A stretch of 20,000 nucleotides of DNA. It comes from an uncultured virus (IMG/VR IMGVR_UViG_3300025675_000001) (lineage: Duplodnaviria; Heunggongvirae; Uroviricota; Caudoviricetes; Schitoviridae). The stretch is from the IMG/VR virus record IMGVR_UViG_3300025675_000001. One strand, 5' to 3'. How positions within the stretch are numbered: position 1 is the first letter of the stretch; the number at the start of each line of letters is the position of its first letter. Of this stretch, positions 6,616 through 14,372 are shown one piece after another. The notes beneath the pieces were generated by a model, which made no database searches, was not told the origin of the DNA, and saw only the letters and a list, made by a program, of their open reading frames with translations. The translations under genes and the position numbers were made by a program.

Positions 6616-7401
6616 TTACAGCGTAGGGTCGGTAAAATGCTCTCTTTCCCTCGATCTGTAAAGCCCTCTCTTCACAGGAAGGGGGGGTCTTTTTTCTTCT
6701 GGCTCCCGAAAGGAAGGCCCCTTTGAAAGAGATGGGTATCCGTGGGGGTGGGTTTTTTGAACCCTATCAGGCTTCGAAACATCCTTGGATGTCCCCTTGG
6801 GACCACGCTTGAGCCAGGTCGTCCATTCCGCACAGACCACGGTGATCCTGTTCGGCAGGTTCTTGGCACCCCGGACACGTCGTTCTTCCACCTTGAGCAT
6901 GCCCATGGCACGGGCCTGACGGATGGCGTTCTGGGTGGTGGTACGAGACACCCCTGCCCGTGCAGCGATCTCGGCGAGGGTTCTCACACAAGCCCCCTTC
7001 CCTCTCCATTCATCCCCGATGATGCGCAGGACGGAGAGTTCGCCCGTGGTGAAATGAGCGGCGAGAGACGGAGGCACCGGACCGGTCGAAGCGAGCCGCC
7101 GACGGCGGGCGAGCGAAGACCGGGGGTCCGGTGCCGTCTGTTTGCGTCGGGGCGGGAAGATCGAAAACCGGGGACGGGAAATTTCTTCCCCCCTACGGGG
7201 GGAAGCGGATTTATTGCCAGCACTCCCAGCTTCAATCCCCTCCCCGCTTCGCAACAACTCGAGCTGCTCGGAGAATCGTTGTGCCTCGTTCTCGCTCAAC
7301 ATTCCCTGGGCCATCCCGCCCCAGATGGTGCGTGAGATCTCGTCGAACATCGTCCGGCCACGCGCCATCGACAGCGCGACCGTGATCTGGTCTGCCAGCA
7401 T
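6616..7401 (-). CDS. HTH-domain putative plasmid replication initiator (alphaproteobacterial Rep-like, 261 aa)
   Basis: HTH TLAEIAARAGVSRTTTQNAIRQARAMGMLKVEER and SLARRRRLA...FTTGELSVLRII...NLPNRITVV..EWTTWL resemble a Rhizobiales mobile-element HTH family. Divergent from parA. The Rep function is inferred from context. Confidence 0.6.
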   Translation of the reverse strand: MLADQITVALSMARGRTMFDEISRTIWGGMAQGMLSENEAQRFSEQLELLRSGEGIEAGSAGNKSASPRRGEEISRPRFSIFPPRRKQTAPDPRSSLARRRRLASTGPVPPSLAAHFTTGELSVLRIIGDEWRGKGACVRTLAEIAARAGVSRTTTQNAIRQARAMGMLKVEERRVRGAKNLPNRITVVCAEWTTWLKRGPKGTSKDVSKPDRVQKTHPHGYPSLSKGPSFREPEEKRPPLPVKRGLYRSREREHFTDPTL

Positions 7402-7461
7402 CTTTCATCCCTCAGCTTGGGATCCGGCAAACCTCCCCCGTTGCGAGAAATGACATTCCCA

Positions 7462-7491
7462 CTTGACGAAGGCTTCGAGCTTTGGGAATAT
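7462..7491 (+). promoter_or_regulatory. Sigma70-type promoter for the putative counter-transcribed RNA
   Basis: CTTGACG (-35, alphaproteobacterial CTTGAC consensus), 17 nt, GAATAT (-10, 7486-7491). Confidence 0.55.
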
Positions 7492-7496
7492 CGATG

Positions 7497-7568
7497 TCGC
7501 CAAACGTCGATATTTCCTCGGCCCTGCCGAATCATGTGACCCGCCCTCAGTGGCGGGTTTCGTGTTTC
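7497..7568 (+). ncRNA. Putative antisense copy-number control RNA (ctRNA) opposite the rep leader
   Basis: Bounded by the promoter above and a terminator ACCCGCC-CTCAGT-GGCGGGT-TTCGTGTTT (7539-7567). Begins with CGCCAA, complementary to a UUGGCG loop in the rep-strand leader. Confidence 0.55.
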
Positions 7569-7594
7569 TGGTCTCTCTGGTTCCCTTCTGGTTC
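7567..7594 (-). repeat. Tandem TCTGGT(TC) repeats (reverse complement of GAACCAGA) between rep and parA
   Basis: TCTGGTCT 7567, TCTGGTTC 7576 and TCTGGTTC 7587; the last two are 11 bp apart. Confidence 0.75.
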
Positions 7595-7766
7595 CAGTCG
7601 TCGAATCGTGGCGCAAATCAGATGCACCAACGCGGCATTGGAAACGGATCAGGGGGGTGCGTCAACCACAGCGTATTGGGTTGACTCATTTCGGGACATG
7701 CGCTGGGGGCTTACAATATCTTGTGAAATGTGTAAGGTTCCGGCTTCTGTACGGAGCAACCCCCAC

Positions 7767-8420
7767 ATGATCATTTCCTTCCTCAATCAGAAGGGTGGAG
7801 TGGGCAAGACAACCCTCTCCATCAATGTCGCAGGATACTTGGCCAATCAGGGTCACAAGGTTCTGCTGATCGATGCCGACAAGCAGGCATCTTCCTCGAC
7901 CTGGGCTTCGCTCAGGGAGGAGCCGACATTTCAGGTCGTCAACCTGGCCAGGAGCAATATGGCCAAGGAAGCGATCGCCATGGCGGCGGATTACGACCAC
8001 ACCATCATCGATGGACCACCCCACGCAGAAGAGATTGCGCGCTCGTGCATCATCGCCTCGGATTACGTGGTGTTGCCGATCGAACCGTCCGGTCTCTCCA
8101 CCTGGGCCACGGATCTGACCGTGCGGCAAGTCAAGGAAGCCCGCGATTTCAAGCCGTATCTGGAATGTGGGTTAGTGGTTTCCCGCAAAATAGGGAATAC
8201 GGTTATCGGGCGGGACATCCGCAACATGGCCGCCAATGTCGGCATGCCGATCCTCCAGACCGAGATTGAGCAGCGGGTGGCCTTCGCCGAGAGCCTGACC
8301 ATGGGGCAGACCATATTCGAATGGGCGGCGGAGAGCGCCGCCGCCCGCGAAATCGAGCAACTCACCAAAGAGATCATGAGCCATGTCGAAGAAGACGTTT
8401 TCACTGGTGCCGAAGCCTAA
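7767..8420 (+). CDS. parA: Type Ib ParA (ParF-like) partition ATPase (217 aa)
   Basis: MIISFLNQKGGVGKTT deviant Walker A, VLLIDAD, IIDGPP Walker B. No N-terminal HTH. GGAG RBS. Confidence 0.95.
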   Translation: MIISFLNQKGGVGKTTLSINVAGYLANQGHKVLLIDADKQASSSTWASLREEPTFQVVNLARSNMAKEAIAMAADYDHTIIDGPPHAEEIARSCIIASDYVVLPIEPSGLSTWATDLTVRQVKEARDFKPYLECGLVVSRKIGNTVIGRDIRNMAANVGMPILQTEIEQRVAFAESLTMGQTIFEWAAESAAAREIEQLTKEIMSHVEEDVFTGAEA

Positions 8421-8691
8421 CCAGAAGGTTCTCTCGGAGGAGCAGATCCGAGCCTATGAATCATCCGGTCCGGGCCATGACACCAACAAAGACAGCTACC
8501 GAACCCGTCCCGAGTTTGCCCACAAGACAGCTAGTGAGCCCATCAAGCGTTTGAGCCTCGATCTGCCACAATCCCTGCATCGCCGGTTCAAGATGGTATG
8601 CGTGGCAACCGATCGCAGAATGCTGGCAGAGATCCAGAACTTCATCGAGCAACGCACGGACGAACTGGAGAAGGAGGCCGGGATCAAATGA
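8383..8691 (+). CDS. ParG-like ribbon-helix-helix centromere-binding protein (102 aa)
   Basis: Overlaps the parA end. Flexible N-tail plus C-terminal KRLSLDLPQSLHRRFKMVCV...MLAEIQNFIE, an RHH signature. Confidence 0.85.
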   Translation: MSKKTFSLVPKPNQKVLSEEQIRAYESSGPGHDTNKDSYRTRPEFAHKTASEPIKRLSLDLPQSLHRRFKMVCVATDRRMLAEIQNFIEQRTDELEKEAGIK

Positions 8692-8804
8692 GAGAGGGAA
8701 GGGGCCGAGGAAACGCTGGGAGGAGCAGTCCCTTCCTCGGCCCCGATTCCCCGTCGCGGAAACCCACCAAACGCGCCAGGGAAACTGGAACAACCCTTTT
8801 GGGA

Positions 8805-8887
8805 TTTTCTCGAAAATGCGTCTTGAATATGCTACGAATTAATAGCAGAAATGTTTTCTCGTGCAAACGCATTTATTTTCGAGAAAA
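8805..8887. promoter_or_regulatory. AT-rich late-promoter region flanked by a 13-bp inverted repeat
   Basis: TTTTCTCGAAAAT (8805-8817) and ATTTTCGAGAAAA (8875-8887), with a partial copy TTTTCTCG at 8854. Directly upstream of the late operon. Confidence 0.5.
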
Positions 8888-8895
8888 GGGAACCC

Positions 8896-9687
8896 ATGAC
8901 GACGCCCTCTCTTTTCAACACGCCGCCGCTGCAACAGCCTCGAGCGGAACCAGCCCCGAACCAGAATCCGGTCGCTGAAGAAAGTCTGCCGGCTCTGAGC
9001 CAGGAAGAGGTGAAGCGCGCCTTGCCGGCGCATCTGCGCTCGGCCGTGACCCAGGAACTGACCGACAAGCTCAACACGATCGCTGCCGATCCGGTCATTG
9101 CCCAGAACATCCGCGACAATTTCGTGAGCTATTCAGGGATCCTGCGGGAAGGGAAATTCCGGGCCGACGAGTACATCAATGCCGTGGCCTATGTCAGCTA
9201 CAAGCTGATGGGCTATACCAACCATGACGCTTATACCCGCGTCTTTCCCCAGCGTTACGCCAATCTGGTCGCCAAGGGCACATTGCCCAAGGACATCGCC
9301 TCCATCGTGTCAGCCTACCACCGCGGTCGTCTGGTCAACCTGATCATGGAACAGTCCCTGGTGCCGACCTGGGTCTTGAATCAGGATCTCTTCCAGAAGG
9401 CCCTGAACGTCCAGGCCGATCTGATGCTGAACGCCAACTCGGAGAAGGTGCGCACGGAAGCGGCCAACTCGTTGCTCACCCATCTGAAGAAGCCTGAGGC
9501 CAACAAGGGCTTCCAGATCAACATCAACAACGAGGATTCCTCCGGCATGAAGGAAATGCGGGAGATGATGGTTCAGCTTGCCGAACAGCAGCGGGGTCTG
9601 ATTGCCGAGGGCAACATGAAGACGATCGATGTGGCAGGTTCCCGTCTGGTTCAGCGTCCCGCACCGGAGGACGTGAGTGATGTCTGA
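8896..9687 (+). CDS. N4 gp69-like protein (putative terminase small subunit, 263 aa)
   Basis: IRDNFVSYSGILREGKF...YINAVAYVSYKLMG...AYTRVFPQRY...SEKVRTEAANSLLTHLK is characteristic of N4-like gp69. Immediately upstream of terL. Confidence 0.85.
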   Translation: MTTPSLFNTPPLQQPRAEPAPNQNPVAEESLPALSQEEVKRALPAHLRSAVTQELTDKLNTIAADPVIAQNIRDNFVSYSGILREGKFRADEYINAVAYVSYKLMGYTNHDAYTRVFPQRYANLVAKGTLPKDIASIVSAYHRGRLVNLIMEQSLVPTWVLNQDLFQKALNVQADLMLNANSEKVRTEAANSLLTHLKKPEANKGFQININNEDSSGMKEMREMMVQLAEQQRGLIAEGNMKTIDVAGSRLVQRPAPEDVSDV

Positions 9688-11326
9688 GGTCGCCGACGAC
9701 CACATCATGCACTCCATGTCGGATCGGGTCATCATCAAGAAGGCTCTGGATGAATGGCTCGATGAGGTCGATTACGCGGATCTCAACGACGGCTCCTACG
9801 TGCCTTCGCAGTTCTCCCTGATCTTCATGAATTTCATCAAGCTGGTGAACGGGGAGGAAGGCGAGAGCCACAAGACCCCGCCCGTGCATCTGAAGATGCT
9901 CGACAAGCTCACCAGTCCCGCAAGCCAAATCGTCAACCTGTGTTTCCGTGGTGCGGCCAAGACCACGCTCTTCTTCGAGTACCTGATCCTGTTCCTGGCC
10001 TTCTACGGCTACCTGCCGGGATTCGGCAAGATCGAGGCGATGATCTACGTCTCCGATTCGATGGAGAACGGCGTCAAGGCAGCCCGCAAGAACGTCGAGT
10101 TCCGCTACCACAACAGTGCGTTCCTGCAGGAATGGATCCCCCAGGCCCACTTCACCGACAATTACATCGAGTTCACCAACCGGGATGGACACCGGCTGGG
10201 CTGCAAGATGTTTGGCGCCAAGACCGGTCTGCGCGGTACGAAGATCTTCGGCAAGCGCCCGCCGCTGGCCGTGCTCGACGACCTTGTCTCGGATGACGAT
10301 GCCAAATCCAGGGCTTCGATGGAGGCGATCAAGGACACGGTCTACAAGGGGGTGAATTACGCTCTGGATCCGACCCGCCGCAAGATCATCTTCAACGGCA
10401 CGCCTTTCAACAAGGACGACATCATGATCGAGGCGGTCGAATCCGGCGCCTGGGATGTGAACGTCTGGCCGGTCTGTGAACGCTTCCCGTGCTCGAAGGA
10501 GGAGTTCATCGGCGCCTGGGAGGACCGCTTCGATTACGACTTCATCGTCGAGCAATACCAGAATGCCGTTCTGACCGGGAAGGTCGAGGGCTTCATGCAG
10601 GAGCTGATGTTGCGCATCTCCTCCGAAGAGGAGCGTCTCGTTCAGGATGCCGAGATCCGGGAATATTCCCGCGTCCAGCTGCTCAGCCGGCGCAACCAGT
10701 TCAACTTCTACATCACCACCGACTTCGCCACCTCCGACAAGCAGACGGCGGATTTCTCGGTGATCTCGGTCTGGGCCTACAATTCTCAGGGCGACTGGTT
10801 CTGGGTCGATGGTGAATGCGAACGCCAGACCATGGACAAGACCGTCAACACCCTGTTCCGGATGGTCTCGGAATACCGGCCACAGAGTGTCGGGATCGAG
10901 GTCTCGGGTCAGCAGCTGGCCTTCATCAAGTGGCTGCAGTCGGAAATGATGCAGCGTAACATCTGGTTCAATTTCGCTTCTTCGGAGAAGTCCGGCGCCC
11001 CGGGCATCCGACCGATCCAGAACAAGCTCACCCGCTTCAATCTGGTGGTGCCTCTGTTCAAGGCCGGCAAGATGTATTTCCCGCAGGAATGGAAGACCTC
11101 GAAGATCATGGGGCACTTCTATGGCCAGATCCGCCTGGCCACCAAGAACGGACTCAAGGGCAAGGATGACTGCATCGATACGATCTCGATGCTGATGTAC
11201 CTGAATGCCTGGAAACCGACCCAGGAGGATGAGCGGCCCATGATCGGGCACAATGGCGGGCCGGATATGTTTGCGGATGATGAGATTGAAGAAAATCCCT
11301 CATCCTTGAGCTCTTATATCGTTTGA
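9680..11326 (+). CDS. terL: Terminase large subunit, N4 gp68-like
   Basis: FRGAAKTT Walker A, LAVLDDL Walker B, FNGTPF, nuclease motifs YITTDFA and DDCIDTISML. GGAGG RBS (GTG 9677 is an alternative start). Confidence 0.96.
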   Translation: MSEVADDHIMHSMSDRVIIKKALDEWLDEVDYADLNDGSYVPSQFSLIFMNFIKLVNGEEGESHKTPPVHLKMLDKLTSPASQIVNLCFRGAAKTTLFFEYLILFLAFYGYLPGFGKIEAMIYVSDSMENGVKAARKNVEFRYHNSAFLQEWIPQAHFTDNYIEFTNRDGHRLGCKMFGAKTGLRGTKIFGKRPPLAVLDDLVSDDDAKSRASMEAIKDTVYKGVNYALDPTRRKIIFNGTPFNKDDIMIEAVESGAWDVNVWPVCERFPCSKEEFIGAWEDRFDYDFIVEQYQNAVLTGKVEGFMQELMLRISSEEERLVQDAEIREYSRVQLLSRRNQFNFYITTDFATSDKQTADFSVISVWAYNSQGDWFWVDGECERQTMDKTVNTLFRMVSEYRPQSVGIEVSGQQLAFIKWLQSEMMQRNIWFNFASSEKSGAPGIRPIQNKLTRFNLVVPLFKAGKMYFPQEWKTSKIMGHFYGQIRLATKNGLKGKDDCIDTISMLMYLNAWKPTQEDERPMIGHNGGPDMFADDEIEENPSSLSSYIV

Positions 11327-11388
11327 TATTTTTATGAAAATAGCCTAGATAATGTCGTGTTATTTTCAACGCGATTATCGAGAGCGCC

Positions 11389-12105
11389 ATGAAAGTCATC
11401 GAACTCTTCCGTCAGCTCTCCTATGGCGAGCTGTCCAATCTCTCGGTCAGTCGCTCCGGATCCGGGGAGATCCTCCAAGAGAAATGGCCCCAGATCCTGC
11501 AGCACACCAATGATGGTCTGCTGGCGCTGTTCACGCGCTTCATCCTGCGGGAAAAGCATGTGCTGATCGAGCAGGTGGCCCACATCACCAATTACCATCT
11601 GCATCCCAAATTCGCCGAATCCTCCGCCTCCACAGCCGAATTTCCCTACATCAAGGACATGCCTGAGGAACCCTTCATCGATGATGTGGTGAAGATCCTG
11701 CGGGTGCAAAGCGTGGAAGGCTGGCCCTATCCGCTGAACGATGCCGGGCGGGAGGATTCGCTCTTCACACCCCAACCGCATGTCCTGCAGGTACCCCGTC
11801 CGATCGCTGGTGATCCGCTCTCCGTGGTCTACCAGGCGCAGCATCCCTTGCTGGATGACCGGCTCGGCGGTCCGGACAATGTTCTTGACCAGATAATCCA
11901 TTTGCCGCATTATCTTGAAAATGCGCTGAAAATGTATATCGCGCATAAAGTTTTCAGCCATATGAATGGCCAAGAAAATCTGATCAAGAGCCAAGAGCTC
12001 CTCGCCGCCTACGAAGCGTTCTGCCGCGATGTCGAGCAACGCGATCTGGTGAACCAAACCACCCATACGACGCATTCGAAGCTCGAGCAGAGAGGCTTTG
12101 TCTGA
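11389..12105 (+). CDS. N4 gp67-like head-tail adaptor/virion protein (238 aa)
   Basis: LSYGELSNLS...NDGLLALFTRF.LRE...SVVYQAQHP...KLEQRGFV resembles N4-like gp67. Synteny after terL. Confidence 0.85.
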   Translation: MKVIELFRQLSYGELSNLSVSRSGSGEILQEKWPQILQHTNDGLLALFTRFILREKHVLIEQVAHITNYHLHPKFAESSASTAEFPYIKDMPEEPFIDDVVKILRVQSVEGWPYPLNDAGREDSLFTPQPHVLQVPRPIAGDPLSVVYQAQHPLLDDRLGGPDNVLDQIIHLPHYLENALKMYIAHKVFSHMNGQENLIKSQELLAAYEAFCRDVEQRDLVNQTTHTTHSKLEQRGFV

Positions 12106-13337
12106 TGGCTATTCGGACCGTCTTCCACCCTGATGGGAACCAATCCGTACTCGTCGATAAGATGCTCGGCGAGTCCTACACCGTTGTGCGGACTGTGGCC
12201 GAGCACCTAGATTACGTGAAGCACGTCTCCACCCACATGGCGGAAGTCTTCCGGGTGCATGGTTCGATCAGTGCGATCGACAAGCTCAACGAGGAGATCC
12301 TCAAGCTCGATCTGCTCTACAACCACATCACCGAACTCCTGGTGATCGACACCAACATGCCGGCACTGGTTGGTCTTCACGACAACCTGTCGGCATTGCT
12401 GGATCTGTATGCGATCCGGGCCCAGCTGCTCGTGGTCCATGACGACCTCGCCAATGTGGTGACCGTGGCCACCAACATCGCTGCGGTGAACAGTGTCGCC
12501 ACCAACATGACCGAGCTGCTGGCCATTCATGCCAACCTGACCCAGCTGCTTTATGTCGCCGACAACATGCAGACCTTCCTCGATGAGCTCGACACGCTCA
12601 TGGCGATGGACGGGCGCATTGGACAGCTTGAGACCGATCTACCGGCGCTGACCACCCGGGTCACCAATGCAGAGAATGCGGCCGTGACCCTGACAGGCCG
12701 GGTCACCACGGCAGAGGATGACATTGATGCGCTCGAAGGGCGCATGACCACGGCAGAAGGCACGCTGACGACACATGGGGGCCGACTGAACACGGCAGAG
12801 GGGGATGTCACCAGTCTGCAAGGGCGAATGACCACCGCCGAAGGCGACATCACTGCGGTCGAAGGGCGAGTTACCACGGTTGAGAATGAGGCCGCCCTGC
12901 TGGAGCCCCGGGTCACCGCCGTCGAGAACGGCAAGCAGGATCAATCTGCCAACCTGACCACGCTGGCCGGGATCACCCCCGGCGCCACAGGCCAGGCCCT
13001 GCTGGAAACCACCACACCTGCGGCAGCCCGCACGGCAATCGGCGCCATCACCGCCAGCGAACTGATCGTCGGCAGTATCACGCATGACTGGCCGGCGCTT
13101 GCCGACAACGCCTCGGATTCCCACGACTTCACCCTGAACGGCGTGGCGACAGGGGATGTGGTGCTCGGGTTCTCCATCAATCTGGGAGCATCCACGAACC
13201 GCGTGCTGATGTCAGCCCAGGTGACAGGCGCCAACACCATCACGGTGTCACGCTTCAACCTGTCCGGGGTCTCCGTCGATCTGACCTCGGCCACACACCG
13301 TTTCGTCGTTCTGCCTCAGGCCAACTGGGGTCTGTGA
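12105..13337 (+). CDS. N4 gp66-like appendage/fibre protein with coiled-coil stalk (410 aa)
   Basis: N-terminal LVDKMLGESYTVVRTVAEHL anchor typical of N4-like fibres. 14-aa R(V/M)TTAEGD repeats. C-terminal beta-rich domain. Confidence 0.75.
   Translation: MAIRTVFHPDGNQSVLVDKMLGESYTVVRTVAEHLDYVKHVSTHMAEVFRVHGSISAIDKLNEEILKLDLLYNHITELLVIDTNMPALVGLHDNLSALLDLYAIRAQLLVVHDDLANVVTVATNIAAVNSVATNMTELLAIHANLTQLLYVADNMQTFLDELDTLMAMDGRIGQLETDLPALTTRVTNAENAAVTLTGRVTTAEDDIDALEGRMTTAEGTLTTHGGRLNTAEGDVTSLQGRMTTAEGDITAVEGRVTTVENEAALLEPRVTAVENGKQDQSANLTTLAGITPGATGQALLETTTPAAARTAIGAITASELIVGSITHDWPALADNASDSHDFTLNGVATGDVVLGFSINLGASTNRVLMSAQVTGANTITVSRFNLSGVSVDLTSATHRFVVLPQANWGL
12651..12929 (+). repeat. About seven 42-bp (14-aa) coding repeats forming a coiled coil
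   Basis: RVTNAEN, RVTTAED, RMTTAEG, RLNTAEG, RMTTAEG, RVTTVEN, RVTAVEN at 14-aa spacing. Confidence 0.85.
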
Positions 13338-13355
13338 TCCAGATAAGGAGCTTCC

Positions 13356-13889
13356 ATGAGTGATGAAGACGATCCGTTGATGGAGGGGTATGTTCCTCGC
13401 GAGGGGATCATCGACACATCCCGTTCCAGTCGCCGGATCCGTGACACCGAATTCGAGCGGCGCAAGGAGGAGATCAAATTCTCCACGGCGCAGCTCACCT
13501 TCGATGAGCGTGGAACAGGGACGGAATCGCCTGCCCAGGTCGTGGTTCTCACCAATACCGGCTACGGCGATGTCCATATCTTCGGCTCAACCCTGACCGG
13601 TGACTTCGTGGTGAAGTCGCCGATCCCTTCGCGTCTCCAACCAGGGGAACATGCCGCGATCCAGATCGCCTTCGCTCCGACGACGATCGGCCAGCATATC
13701 GGCAGCCTCTACATCGATACCGGTGATGCGGCGGGTGATGAACTCGTTGCTCTCTCTGGTTCCGCCGTCGCCGGGGATCTCGGCATTGCTCCGACAGATG
13801 ATATTCAGGCGATCCTGAAGATGACCCAGTCGGAATACAACGCCCTGGACCCCAAAGATCCGCAAACGCTCTACATCATCGTGGGATAA
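13356..13889 (+). CDS. Virion protein with ASH/Ig-like domain and C-terminal fibre-docking motif (177 aa)
   Basis: LTF...QVVVLTNTG...LQPGEHAAIQIAFAPTTIG...VALSG is an ASH (ASPM-SPD-2-Hydin)-like Ig fold. Ends MTQSEYNALDPKDPQTLYIIVG. AAGGAG RBS. Confidence 0.75.
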   Translation: MSDEDDPLMEGYVPREGIIDTSRSSRRIRDTEFERRKEEIKFSTAQLTFDERGTGTESPAQVVVLTNTGYGDVHIFGSTLTGDFVVKSPIPSRLQPGEHAAIQIAFAPTTIGQHIGSLYIDTGDAAGDELVALSGSAVAGDLGIAPTDDIQAILKMTQSEYNALDPKDPQTLYIIVG

Positions 13890-13895
13890 ACGATC

Positions 13896-14294
13896 ATGGC
13901 TTCTGTCATCTACCCCAAGGCAAAAGAGGCGGCCCTCGCTGGTGGCCTCAATCTCTCAAGCGGCGTCGTCAAGGCTGCCCTTATCGACACCGGCACCTAT
14001 ACGTACAGCTCGGCGCACGAGTTCTACGACGAGGTGACCGGTGTGGTCGGAACGCCGGTCACGCTGGCCAACAAGTCCCTGACCAACGGCGTCTTCGATG
14101 CCGATGACGTGACGTTCGCCAATGTGGCCGGTGACACGATAGAGGCCATCCTGATCTATGTCGATACGGGAACGGCCGGCACATCGCGTCTGGTGGCCCT
14201 GATCGATCAGGGTGCCGGTCTGCCGCTCACCCCGAACGGCACGGATGTGCAGTGCGTCTGGGATAACGGCGCCAACCGGATCTTCGCACTCTGA
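13896..14294 (+). CDS. Conserved phage tail-fibre-associated protein (132 aa)
   Basis: GVFDADDVTF...GLPLTPNG.D...WDNGANRIFAL is a widespread phage structural family found next to fibre genes. Confidence 0.75.
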   Translation: MASVIYPKAKEAALAGGLNLSSGVVKAALIDTGTYTYSSAHEFYDEVTGVVGTPVTLANKSLTNGVFDADDVTFANVAGDTIEAILIYVDTGTAGTSRLVALIDQGAGLPLTPNGTDVQCVWDNGANRIFAL

Positions 14295-14311
14295 TCGGAC
14301 GACGTGCCTTG

Positions 14312-14334
14312 GGGGATCCCGAACAGGGATCCCC
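14312..14334 (+). terminator. GC hairpin between tail genes (weak terminator or processing site)
   Basis: GGGGATCCC-GAACA-GGGATCCCC, 9-bp stem. Pyrimidine-rich tail but no U-run. Confidence 0.4.
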
Positions 14335-14372
14335 TGCCTCCCTCTCTTCATAATCACCCGATGGAGTAGCCC

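Noticed and set aside
7482..7766. 95-aa N-terminal extension of ParA given by the ORF track
   Set aside because: The ParA fold starts at ATG 7767 with its own RBS, and the extension overlaps the regulatory hairpins.
8383..8691. RHH antitoxin of a toxin-antitoxin pair
   Set aside because: Coupled to ParA with ParG-like architecture, and no adjacent toxin.
9524..11251. 575-aa minus-strand ORF
   Set aside because: Antisense shadow of terL caused by high-GC codon bias; no recognisable motifs.
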